Below are positions 1 to 11,800 of a stretch of DNA of 64,000 nucleotides, in pieces (the first letter of the stretch is position 1; every line of letters starts with the position of its first letter). Under the pieces are notes generated by a model. The model saw nothing but the letters and a program-made list of their open reading frames with translations. It ran no database searches and had not been told where the DNA came from. The position numbers were made by a program, and so were the translations under genes. The DNA lies in the NCBI GenBank assembly GCA_963924565.1, contig OZ004614.1, positions 25,606,001 to 25,670,000 of the forward strand, given 5' to 3'. Source of the stretch: Ascidiella aspersa. Lineage: Eukaryota.

Positions 1-899
1 TTAACAACAAACAGCATGAGAGGATCGAGTCCCTTGCATCCAGCAACGCAGAACAAGATAAGAAGATCAACTCTCTCCTGGAAACTGTTCAGAACATCGC
101 TGAAATCACCACCAAGCTCGTGAAGGAATTGCTTCTCGAGTTCAGTAAGAAGGTTAACAAGTGCGTGTTCAGCAACGACATGTTCTCCTGTATGTTGGCT
201 CCTGTCCCAAGGCCGGCCTACACCTTCACACAAAGCAGTAGCCTTGGTGAGTTTGACAGAAATAATATGATGTAGCTTGAAAATGAATCTCAAAGTCAAA
301 CAGGTCGAGTAAATCGGCATTTTCTTGATAAAGGCCGGCCTACACTTTCACACGAAGCAGTAGTGAGAATGGCAGTGATACCACGTTGGAGTATGACATT
401 TGTAAATACTGAAGTTGTTTTGCAAAAGAATTCCCGAAGAATTCGGGCAGTTTTCGGTTAAAGTACATTTGGGTTTAATATTTAGAAAAACTATTGTTGT
501 CCTTTAGCTTCGAATAGTATAAGATTGGAAACTTGTATAAGCTTGGAAACCTTACATTTTGAAATAAATACGAGTTAATTAGGCTATCTGCCAAGATCTT
601 TTTGCTATTAGCTTTGAATGCTTCTAATAAGTTAAAAATTGTAAACGATTTATTTGTGTACACTATGTACGGATTTGTAATGTAGCTTGGTAATAAACTG
701 CAAAGCCAAAAAGAGTAAATCAACACCATCCTGATTAAGACGTTTCGATTCGAACTTCTATCATGATCAGTCAATGTTACTTGTTGATGTCGATCTACTC
801 AACCTCTTCGGTGTTGATTTTCATTTCAGTTGCTAAGTCTGTTGAACCTTGCATTTTATTTCAGATGCCGCTAAGATCTTGGCCGAAGTTGCCGAATAA
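1..899 (+). CDS. 3' end of an unidentified, probably coiled-coil protein gene (exons <1..246 and 865..899)
   Basis: Open frame from base 3: NNKQHERIESLASSNAEQDKKINSLLETVQNIAEITTKLVKELLLEFSKK... with heptad-like character. Donor CTTG|gtgagt at 246/247 and phase-matched acceptor tttcag| at 865 give ...SL-DAAKILAEVAE*. If unspliced, the frame stops at 273-275. Confidence 0.6.
670..835. mobile_element. Repeat family B copy (hammerhead-like motif 734-775 -) with inverted partial copy
   Basis: ATTGA CTGATCA T GATAG aagttc GAATC GAAACGTC TTAAT; homologous to 17670-17915 and 41020-41125. Confidence 0.65.
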
Positions 900-1015
900 T
901 CGACTTCGCCAGCCCTCAAAAGCGAAACGTGATTTCCTCGTCCGTTTTAATAGTTTTATTGATGTTGGTTCTTAGAAAAGCAACGAAGCTATCGTTGTTT
1001 AGCGTGGGTCTTTAG

Positions 1016-1439
1016 TAGGGATGTCCAATAATATCGGATCAAAGCCGATACCCGATACCAAGTGGTAGTATCGGTACTCGTACGATACTAAGGTGCTATC
1101 AGTGCCGATTAAATTCCCAGTTGATACAAGTTTTTAAGCATAATTTGGGGTTCACTGCAGCTTTAAAAGTAAACTCTTAACAGTTAGTGTGATTAACAAA
1201 CTTGTAAAGGCTAAATCACATTTATAATTAACCTGGAAAACATTATAATGCATTGGTTAACAATTACAATTACCAGAGGAGCTGTTCTTGATTTATATTA
1301 TAATGCATATTTTAACTGTATCATTTTTTTATTTGATTTGATTTGAATAATGACGTCAGTTGGTATCGGATCAAACGGCCGATACTTTTACTCAAAATAT
1401 CGGGTATCGAATTAAATTGCAAAGTATCGGACATCCCTA
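1016..1439. mobile_element. hAT (Ac/Ds-like TAGGGATG ends) non-autonomous element
   Basis: TIR tagggatgtcc/ggacatcccta; 8-bp TSD gtctttag/gtctgtag; subterminal CCGATA repeats. Related fragments at ~5870-6200, 7220-7360 and 33290-33360. Confidence 0.85.
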
Positions 1440-1715
1440 GTCTGTAGTTTTTGTTTTCTGTCCCTTGTTTTTCGTTCAATGAAGTCGCTTTTTCGCTTTG
1501 CACGCCACACGTTTCACTCTCAGGCAACCCTTATCACATGTTTCGCCGAATACATGAAAAAATAAACGAGAATAGAAGTTTGGTGATGGCGCAGCTGTAA
1601 TCTTTACTCTGTGTTAGGTGAAAGCGTGACCAAAGTCCATTAGAAATGTACATTTCTTCCTGGGCTGTATTGTACTAGTTACCTTCCTTTACATCGACAG
1701 ATCTTTCTACCTAGC

Positions 1716-1985
1716 ATAATTGTTGGAGGTTCTAGTAGAAACATCGAAGTCACTACAGAAGTAGGTAGCATTTTGTAAAAGTTTTCAATAAATCTTAAGA
1801 TAATGGCTGGAGGTTGTAGTTAGACGTAACATAAAATAAAGCCCATACATAACTAGGTAACACTTTGAACGTTTCAAATAAATCTTAAAGATGATTATCA
1901 ACGCCCATACATAGGTGCGTATCATTTTGTGAATGTGTTTGTGTAAATCTGTAGATAATGGCTGAAGGTTGCAGTTAAAGAATAT
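1716..1985 (-). repeat. Tandem degenerate copies of family A (Penelope terminal repeat)
   Basis: Repeated ataatggctggaggttgtagt...aaagcccatac...gtagg...ttttg units. Confidence 0.7.
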
Positions 1986-2734
1986 TCCTGAACATTCCCA
2001 AAATGCTACATATTGGATTTAGTTAGAGACAAAATTGCCAAAAGCGTTATCTAATATTAATTTATTCATGCAGTAACGTTTACGGAACAATGAATTGTTA
2101 CACATAGAAAACTAAATAAGCTACACTTGAAGATCACAGTATTATCTTAAAATTGATTTGATGTGCAAAAGCGAATAAAACAAAATAGGCAACAATGCGG
2201 AGTTGGTCCACCAATGAATTTTTTTGCGTTTTACTTGAGGTTTAGTGCTATGGAATGAACATTAAAAAAGATTTACATGATTGTAGCCACGATAATATGG
2301 TACAACAACTTTTGGTAAAGGTGACATTTAGCTTTCAGCAAAAACGAACACACCAGAAATTCTTTGTCATGACACTGATCACAACATTCAAAGCAAAAGC
2401 CAACTGAAAAGATAAAAAATACTTGTTATAGACCAAAGCCATCTTCTCCACAGCAGGTTATTTGCTGATTGAATAAAGAAAATTGCTTATGAAAAAACAA
2501 TTCCTGCAATTTTATGCAATGGCACGATTATTGTATAAAACTCCATTCACCATCAGTTTGGCAAGCTTTGGTGTTCTGAGAACTTTGTTTCTTTCTTTTT
2601 TGCTTTATTGACATAAAAACAACTTTTGTCGTAATTCATAAACTTTCATTTCTCATTATTTATGTCACACCTGTCTAAAAACAACTTTAGTCAAAAGGTA
2701 AAGACTTTCATTTCTTTTTAACAAAAACCACTGA

Positions 2735-2823
2735 TTAGCTGAGACTAAACTGCGAGAGACCCCCTGGTGGTACGGAGTAACGGAAATTAGTCTTCTTCTC
2801 TCTCTCGTCATCGGTTTGATCAC
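2735..2823 (-). CDS. CRMP: CRMP exon 11 (terminal)
   Basis: DQTDDEREKKTNFRYSVPPGGLSQFSLS*. Confidence 0.9.
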
Positions 2824-5800
2824 CTGGAAGTAAGAGTTGATTGTATTTGTTAGAAAAGGTTTGTATACTTCAGTTTAAATTTATACACAATCTTGCAAGA
2901 TCAGATCACGTTATATCAGCTAAAAGTTTGCCGAAGCGCTTGTGAACGCAGTTTGTGTTGGACTAGCTAGTCCATTTAATTTAAATCCTCTCAAAAAAAT
3001 GCCACTTTGTGTTTTTATTTATCAAAAAAAATTCCACAACTGATAAGAATATATGGCTGAAGTTTTAACGAACGTTCAATCTAACACTTGTGATGAAGAT
3101 TAAGACACTGAAGTTATCAATTTCCAAATTCACGGTTGTTAACTAAAATACGTTCCAGCGAAGCTATTCACTGCATGAGCTTACAAATTCTATTGTTTGG
3201 TTGAAGTTTATGGCAATAAATAATAAGAACCTAGGTATAAAATAAAGCTTTCGTTTGTACGAATCGAGTTTTGACCAGGGCTGCGGAGTCGGTTAAAAAT
3301 AACCCGAGTCCCGAGTCCCGAGTCCCGAGTCCCGAGTCCCGAGTCCCGAGTCCCGAGTCCGCAGCCCATGCTTTGACAGGTTTACATAAATTTGGATTCC
3401 ATGCGAAAAATGGAATCACGATTCCCACGGGTTTCCCGTCCCCATTAAACCCAATCCTCACCCGAAAAGCTCCATCCTGATTGGTGCATGGCTCTATGGC
3501 CAGAAGTCCGAGTGAACCTTTCTGGCCTTTCGCCCCCAGAGGGGTTTTCTCTCATCCGTGGCCCGTTGGTCGACGGCGAGGGGCTGGGGGCCCTGGCGCC
3601 GCTGTTTCTGCCTGGGGTAAGTCCCTGCTTTGCCTCGTCCCTGGCGTCCAAACGGTTGTAAATGGTTGGAGGTCTGAGAGGTCTTTCAACAACGCTGCCA
3701 TGAGATTGGACAACGTGGATCTGTGGGAAAAAATGCTTGAAAGTTATTATTTGACGTTAAAAAAAGACTAACAAAAACCCATAAGCATGCATGAGGTTTC
3801 ATTGGCTAAATACTTCAGCAAACAGTTGTTTTTCGGTTTTGCAAAGGCATCAAAATTGTAGAAATAGGGCTGGGAAATTTTAAGTGTGTTATTTGCACAT
3901 GGAGGTATAGATCATTGTGAAAATAATTTAAAACTATGGTTTGAAGATGGAGGCTAAAACACGCACATGTGCATTGCGTTGCGTATTCCAAATAAAACAG
4001 TTGCATTAATTAAATTGTAGGAATACAATTAGGAAATACAACAGGTAAAGAATCAATAAAAGAAAAATGTTCTGTTTATCCTGGTACGACGTAAATTAAA
4101 AAACACATACACAGAATTACTGTGTTTTTGTTGGCTTGACTGGAGTGTTTTAAGTTGACTTAAGTCACATTTTCAGTTGACTCGATTTCAGTAAACCTTA
4201 GTTAACATTTTAGGCTGACTTCATTGGACTTCGGAGCACTTTTAAATTGACGTGATATAGACTTAATTGCGTTAAAGTCGCATATTTTTGTTAAATATCT
4301 AAAGTTACATAAGTGATCTTAATTCTCAGTTTTTAGTCGACATGACCTAAGTGCACTTAAATTATTTTTTTGAGTTGACTTGACGCTGACTTCTAAGTTA
4401 ACTGAAGCCGCAGGTTGTGATGAACTTAAATAACAATATATAGGTAACTGCTGTGCAGAAATTTTCCAAGTTGACTGAACTTCATTTGCACTGGTATAAT
4501 TTTTCTCAATAAACTTTTACCTCGTTTTCGTCAAACACAACTTTTCCGCGACTTATCACCACCAGCGGCGCTGCGGAGCTCTCCAGTCCATCGAACGCGT
4601 TCGAACAATCGGCCTTAGTGACGTTGAGGGCGGCGGCGGAGGCGGCCAATGAGACGTGCTGCTTTTCCCGCCAAACGACCAGGTCGGCGTCGGATCCAAC
4701 GGCCACGAGACCTTTGCGCGGGAAAATGTTGAAGATTCGCGCCTGATTGGTGCTCGTCATGGCAACGAACTGATTCTGGTCGATGAAGCCTGGCTCCTGG
4801 ACACAGAGAAAAGGCGTTCGATAATATTAGAGCAGTTCTATTATAACTGAAGTTGTGATTAATACAGTGTGTGAATCTAACACTAGAATGCATTTTTTTA
4901 ATATATACTTTCTTTTTTCTTGCACCTTATTATTGGAGCGAATAATACAGCGTTTAACAACACAACCATAGCACCGTTGCCTGTTGCATCCTGTTCATAA
5001 AACTAGGCTGCAGTGAGGTTCGAACTCACGACCTCGGTCAAACTGGGACCGTCGCTCTACCAACTGAGCTATTCAGGCTCTTTGGCCTTTTCAAATGCCT
5101 CAGGTGACAGGGATATTATATATGCATTAATATCAAACATAGAATACTCACCACTGCGACGCTCCACAGCGCCATCATGCGTTCATAAACTCCATTAGTT
5201 CCTGGTGGGATTCGTGAAAAGTCAGCTTTACCGAGTCTGCTCTTGATGGTGTTGGTAAAGACGGAATGACCGCTCGATACGCACTGAAGTGTGCCACTGG
5301 ATGTAAAATATTTGGTTTAGTTATAGAGGGCAAACTATACTGAATAATTATCTGAAGGGTGCCACTGGATACAACATAATGCGAGAAGTTGTAGTGGGAG
5401 TTGGGATTACCGGAGTGTACTAAATGTATTAACTACATGGGATGATGATGTCTGATAGTTTTCAGATCGGAGCTCATACTCAATACCAAGTAATAGTGTA
5501 AGGTGCTCGTTCGATAGCCTATTATATGATGGTATTGCTGCCGATCCTATGTCAAAATCTTTTTGTGTTTTATGCTGTTTTCCGTATGTTTGGATAGCTT
5601 TTATCCAAAATTTTTAATAGAAAAACAACAATAAAAAACAACAATATTTTATTGAAAGAATCCACAAAATAGGCAGTACTGTTCGCCAAAATTTCAGGGA
5701 TCAGAATAAAATATTAAGTAGAGCTCCGTGATTATAGACGACTGTAACCGATGCCACTGGATGTAAACTGTGTGGTTAGCTGGAGCTTTTACTTAATTCT

Positions 5801-8800
5801 TGGTCATCCAACTAAAGCGTGAAGATATATATATATGGGTATCTACTGTGTCTAGTGGTTATGAAGTATTAGAGCAGATATCTGATGCAAAGTGGTAGTA
5901 TCAGTACATGCCCGACGTCATTAACGTATCGGCGTTGACCCGATATTAATCCAATTCAGTATTGAATCCATGGTATTCAATCTAACGTGTCAGTTATTTA
6001 CCTTTCGTACAACATATTGCAAAGTAAATCTCCTAACACACCTGCAAATGTCAGCCTAAAAAAACACTTTACTATTATATTTACAAACTAAGTTATTTTT
6101 GCCGGTTGAACCATCATTTGTTGTCGGATTACGCAACCATTATCGTTGGCCAAATATCGGTATCGGGTATCGGAGCAACATACCAAGTATCGGATTAATA
6201 CAAATAACGACTAAAACTGCCCGTTATTTCCCCCGTTTATTACAAATTTTTGATTTTATTCTTTATTTTTTAAATCTTTCAAATCGAAAATCGAAAATCG
6301 AACAAACGCGAAAGTTTTAAATTCACCCAAAAAGTTAATTTCCTTACCTTCCCAAGGCCTCTAGGAGTCGCTGTTGAGCATCCGGGTGGTCACGGATGGG
6401 TGGCCACGTCACGCATGATGCGGCACGGTTCCAGGCTGCTTGGTTGTATGAAGTTCCATTGCGGTACAAGGCAACTGCGTGAGCTTGCCCGTATACTGGC
6501 TGGCCTGGGGGAATAAAGGCAGCTTGTAATGTAAATACAAAAATATAATGTCGGATGGAAATTAGAAATCCGATTAATTTTTTTGTTCTTTTTTAGTTGA
6601 ATTTTGCATATCTGACCTTCGCAATGGCGTGTTTCTGCATCCGGTCGGGTAGCAGTAATTTTATCTGAAATATCGTTTTTACATATACCGGGTGATAAAA
6701 AATGATTGTACACTGGTTGGCCTGGTCAAATAAAGTCAGGTTGTATATCAGTGGTTCTCAACCTTTTTGTTCTCACGACCCCTTTTAAGTGTTCGATAAC
6801 TTGCGCGACCCCCAGTTATAGTGTGTGATACATAAACCAGAGTCAATAAAAAACACATTTCAAAATTGGCAAAATTCAAATTGGGAAAAACTTCAAACGG
6901 AATATATCAACATTTGGCTAAAATGTCCGGATTTAAGTATATGCACAACAAGCTAAGTTACGATTTGAGCGTTCAATAATTTTCTGTTAGACATTTGACT
7001 GAAGAATCATTAATAGACAAGTGTAATGGTGACGTCATAAACACGACTGGTTCATTGCAGCAAAAGCCACATAAACACAAATGTTAGACTTGCTTTTGCT
7101 TCTTCTATGCTGTTAAACTTCTAGTTCATATTGCTTATATCAAATACTAAAGGGCGACCACCCCCAGACAAACCGTTGCGACCCCAGGTTGGGAACCACT
7201 GTTGTAAATGAATGCGATAATTTAATATCGGGTGAAATCCGATATCCGATAAAAAATAAATTCCCTATTGTACGTTTTAAACTAATTTTGCATGTCTTAA
7301 CTTGGTAATGACGTATTTTGCTATCGGACGAGTACTGATACTACCGCTTGGCATCGGGTAGTTAAATCTTATTTTCTTTCTCACGTATACATAACGATAA
7401 GACGACTTTACCTGATCTTTGCGCTTCATTGATTGCGTCGAGCGCTTTTTTGCCGGTGACGCTGTAGAAGAATATTGGACACGAAACTTGCTTCGCGATG
7501 ATAAGTACTCGGTTCACCGCCTCGTATTCCACCTAAAGACACAAAATGGCGGTGAAAATACAAAAGAAAATAACAATAAAATATTCATTTCTGAATAGAA
7601 CTGTATTTTTTTGGGAAGCGACATGTAAAAGTAGAAACTTGACAGATTATTTTTTCAAGACAACCGCTTCGTACAAAATATTCACAAAAGGTCGTTAAAA
7701 GCACTATATTACAAACAATACTGTAAACTTAAAGTGATCTTTCATGACGCAATTTTTAAAATATAACCGAAATTAAAATATTGTTTGTTAGGAATTTTTT
7801 TTAGGGACAATTTGGATAAAGTTACTGCTCTTTGTAGCACTTTAGTTAAAAACCACTCACATTTTTTTATTATTTTATAAATATTCTTTCGGTTAAAACT
7901 CACGTCCTCGTTTCTTGCGGACAGGATGCCAGCCGGTTGCGTCACTCCTTCTGCTCGATACTCCTCACTGATTTTGCGGATGAGCGCACCGTTTTCCGCA
8001 TGAACGACCGCTACGCCACCTAGTGACTTGATGTGACGTAAAACGTCGTAAATCTGAAAAAAAAATTAGAAGCTATGTTAGAGGATGATGGCTAAAAAAC
8101 GAAAATTTATCGTTAAATTTCTATAGAAGATATGAACACCGCAATTTTTTACTACAATTACCAAACTCAAAACTACCCGGAAGATTGGAATGTAAATTAA
8201 ATTGCAATCGGTTAGTCAGGTGAAAAAAACGATCTATTTTGAAAAATCGTGTTTTATTCCCATAATCAAATTAAAATTTCCGTTATAACCAGTGAATCTT
8301 TCATAATTTTTTTTTTAGTAAAAATGCAGGATATGAAGTTGATTTAAAGAAGTATATACTTTTCCCACCAAGCACACAACCCGGCGATTGCGCAGCAGCA
8401 TTTTAATATATTTCACTGTCTAATTTGTTTTCGGCTGTTTGATTTTCGTTTGTTTGTTTAAAAAGATGGTAATTTTTTGCAGGCAGATAATTTACTTTTA
8501 TATCAAAACAACAAAGGACCGCCCTTTATATCAATTTATTGCCAGATGCCAGACAACTGTTTAAATATTAAATATGACCACATGAAAGAGGCACTTTGGC
8601 CAAATTATAGATTTATATATTTTACTTGCAAGCTATTCCAAGAACGCATACAGTTGTTGGGCGGGTCGATCAAAGCGCCAGCTGTTACAGAAACATCCCC
8701 CCCCCCGCAACACGGCGCATGCGCAGTAGAGGCACGAAATCACCCCCTAATGATTAATTCAGTAGCTACCTGTTCGTTGTCGAGCCAAAATCGATCACTG

Positions 8801-11800
8801 GTCCGCAGCCGGAACGAGTTGACCCCGTGCTCCTTCGACAGCTCCGTCATCGACTTCATGACGTCATCGTTCCATGACGTCACGTCCACGTGGTAGGTGA
8901 CGTCACAGCAGCTGACGTCACCGGACTCCAGTCGCTCCTTGTGGGCGGTTAAGGGGCTGGTTTGATCGGGTGTGACGAAATCGACTGGAAAGGTAAAAAT
9001 AAGTAAGTAAACTATGGAAGATTATTTTAAGAAGTTAATATGAACCATTTGTTTTCACGGTTTTCAAATTGTTTTTAAGTGTTTGTTGTTCGCATTCTTG
9101 AAATAAATGTAAATGTATAAACGCATTAAATTTTAACTTCCATCCCCAAAGGAGATATGTCAAATAAATTATTTATCCCTTTTCCAAAAGCTAGACTAAA
9201 CAAAGGAAATGTTATTTCGTTAACTTGTATATAAAATTGTACATGTGTAATAAATATCTTACACAGATTAATTTGGGATAACATATTTCTCTCAAAAATG
9301 ATATATTAGTCCTTTTTTAAACCAGGGAAGTGTTTGTTATTTTTTTTTTGCAATACTGATTTGGTTTATACTAAATTTTAAACAAGCAAGGTGCGTTTAA
9401 GAAGTGTACCGCTTACAACGAAAGTCAGTTAAAAATAATCAACCAATAATTCGAATAAATTCATCAAACATTTAATTTGGAAGATTCTTTTAAGATTATT
9501 AACGCCTTCCTGACTGACTAACCTTTGTTCGCAGTTGTACAATTCTCCAACTCATACCTTGCTTGTTTAAAATATAAACCATAATCATAATCGCTGACTT
9601 TAAAAAAATGACAAAAACTTCCTGCTTAGAAAAAAGACTAATGTAATTTAATCGTTAGAAAAAATATACATTTTAAACATTTTAGACATTTTAACGTATT
9701 TTTGCTTAAATCATTGATCAACAGGTTCGGTGAGTTTGCGATGGCTTGCGGTGAATTTTTAATTTTTTTTTTTTGAACTATTAACGTTCAAGTAATTTCT
9801 AAACAGCCTTTATCCGCAAAAATCCCGCAATTCCGCCTTTTACTCATTTCCAACTCACACACGGTGGTGGTTCCCCCAAGTAGTGCCGCCCGCGTCCCGC
9901 TGTAGAAGTCGTCGGCCGTTGTGACGTCACAATCGTCCAAGGGGGGTCGGGATGAGAAGTGTGTGGCGACGTCGACCCCCCCGGGCAGGATTAGAGCGTC
10001 CCTGGCGTCGATTATCTTCACACCGCCCGGAACCGTTAGGTCGGTGCCAAGTTGTCTGGAAAAAAAATTGCAAGTTGAGTTATCTCGTTTTGTTTTAGAT
10101 TTTACGATGCAATGAGAAAAAGTGCACCGCAAGAAAAAAAGGTTTTATCTTTTTTTTTTTTTTTTTTTTAATCTTTTTTTTTTCACAATACTAGGAGAAA
10201 AATACGCCGAAAACAACATGGGTTTTCTTGTAAAATTTCACGAACGTGTGCATTGTGCTACTACCGAAAGTGAACGATATCAGTTGCTAATGCACAAATA
10301 TGTGTTTGATTATAATTTTCCATTTATTGAACCGTGAGGTCGGTGTCAAGTTGCCTGTCTGGATAAAAAAAGAGCGCTTCTTCACTTTTGTACGTAGAAA
10401 CTTATGCAAAAAAAAATACCGCATACCACAACGCATATTACGTAATAAGAATATCAAAGCCCATACAGAAGTAGGTATCATTTTGAACGTTTCGAATAAC
10501 TCTTTATTCATTTTCAACACAGAGAGAAGTCACTGATGGTAAGTGTATATATAGTGCTAAGGCAGACATCATAAAGAAGGAAACGTGGATAGATACATAA
10601 TCTAAACCGGGTGTGCGGCGATTAGAAGGTAGGTCGCCGATAGCAGATAAGGCCATCCACGTGATCAGATGTTGAAAAGATAGAGTGGTATAGAAGCTTG
10701 GTCTGCGTTAATTTCCGGGTTGTGCCGTGTTATTTCTACGGTTTCCAACACCGACTTGTCGCAAGAATCTTGGGGTTATCAAAATCTGTTTTGTGACCAG
10801 GATTTTGATGCAAATGCCTTGCCACGTCTGTGTCCTGCGTGGACCGTGATGAAGGGTCGTGGTTGTCCATACGCACTTGTAGGTTACGCTTGGTTTGTCC
10901 AATATATGTAGAACCGCACGAACATTGCACTTTGTATATAACTCCATGTTCTTATTACGTCTTACTACTGATATTCTTATTACGTCTTACTACTGATATT
11001 CCTATTACGTCTTACTACTGATATTCTTATTACGTCTTACTACAACATACAACGCATATTATTTGGGTTAGGGTGCGGGTTAGCGTTTAGATGCTGGTTG
11101 GTCAAGGTCAAGTGTTATTATATTTATTCTAACACTTGACCCACCCTCACCCAAACGCTAACCAAAACAATGTACGTTGTTGTATGCAGTATTTCTAGAC
11201 TGTTTTTTTTGGTTAACTTTTACGTACATAACTTACTCTGTGCCACCAAACAATTATTTTGTTAGTCTAAGTTTAAATCATACAAATCTAACATAGACCT
11301 ATATATTTCACCTTATAGTTCCATTTTCAATGAAGACATCCGCTCTGAAAGTGAGATCGTGATTCACCACCTTCCCGCCTTTTAGTAGGATCTTCTCACT
11401 CTGAAGAAATCATTTCAATGTCAACAGCAAACATTAGCCTCTTACGCCAAGCATGTACGGTCTGGCGTTGCAAAAATGTCATAAATGTGAATTGCCATAA
11501 TTAAATATTCGGCGCTGGTCTAGAATCCTACCACAACACAGAACATTTGGGTTAGGGTGCGGATTAGTGTTAGTGTTTGGGTAGGCCGAGTATTATTATT
11601 AAATACCTGACCCGCCCTAACCCAAATAATATACGTCTCTTACGCTAAGCCTGTACTTTTTGTTGACGTTGCAACAATTGCATAAATGTTCATTGCCATA
11701 ATTAAATATTCCTATTTTCAGATATGGTTCATTCCAACTCAATGTTTTGTAGACTTAAACCTATAAGGCAGCTGTTTAGGTTCAAACTTACACCTGAGAT

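Noticed and set aside
3231-3480. ORFs with GLGTRDS/SPESRVP repeats (also 32162..32428)
   Set aside because: They are translations of the 7-bp microsatellite in an intronic or intergenic repeat.
5005-5078. Functional tRNA-Thr gene
   Set aside because: The acceptor stem has mismatches and the anticodon loop lacks U33 and a purine at 37.
10736-10945. Domesticated GIY-YIG nuclease gene
   Set aside because: It is 5'-truncated, interrupted by stops, has no RT or start context, and fits a decayed Penelope copy.
10950-11045. 24-bp direct repeats resembling a CRISPR array
   Set aside because: There are no unique spacers or cas genes, the context is eukaryotic, and the units derive from repeat family A.
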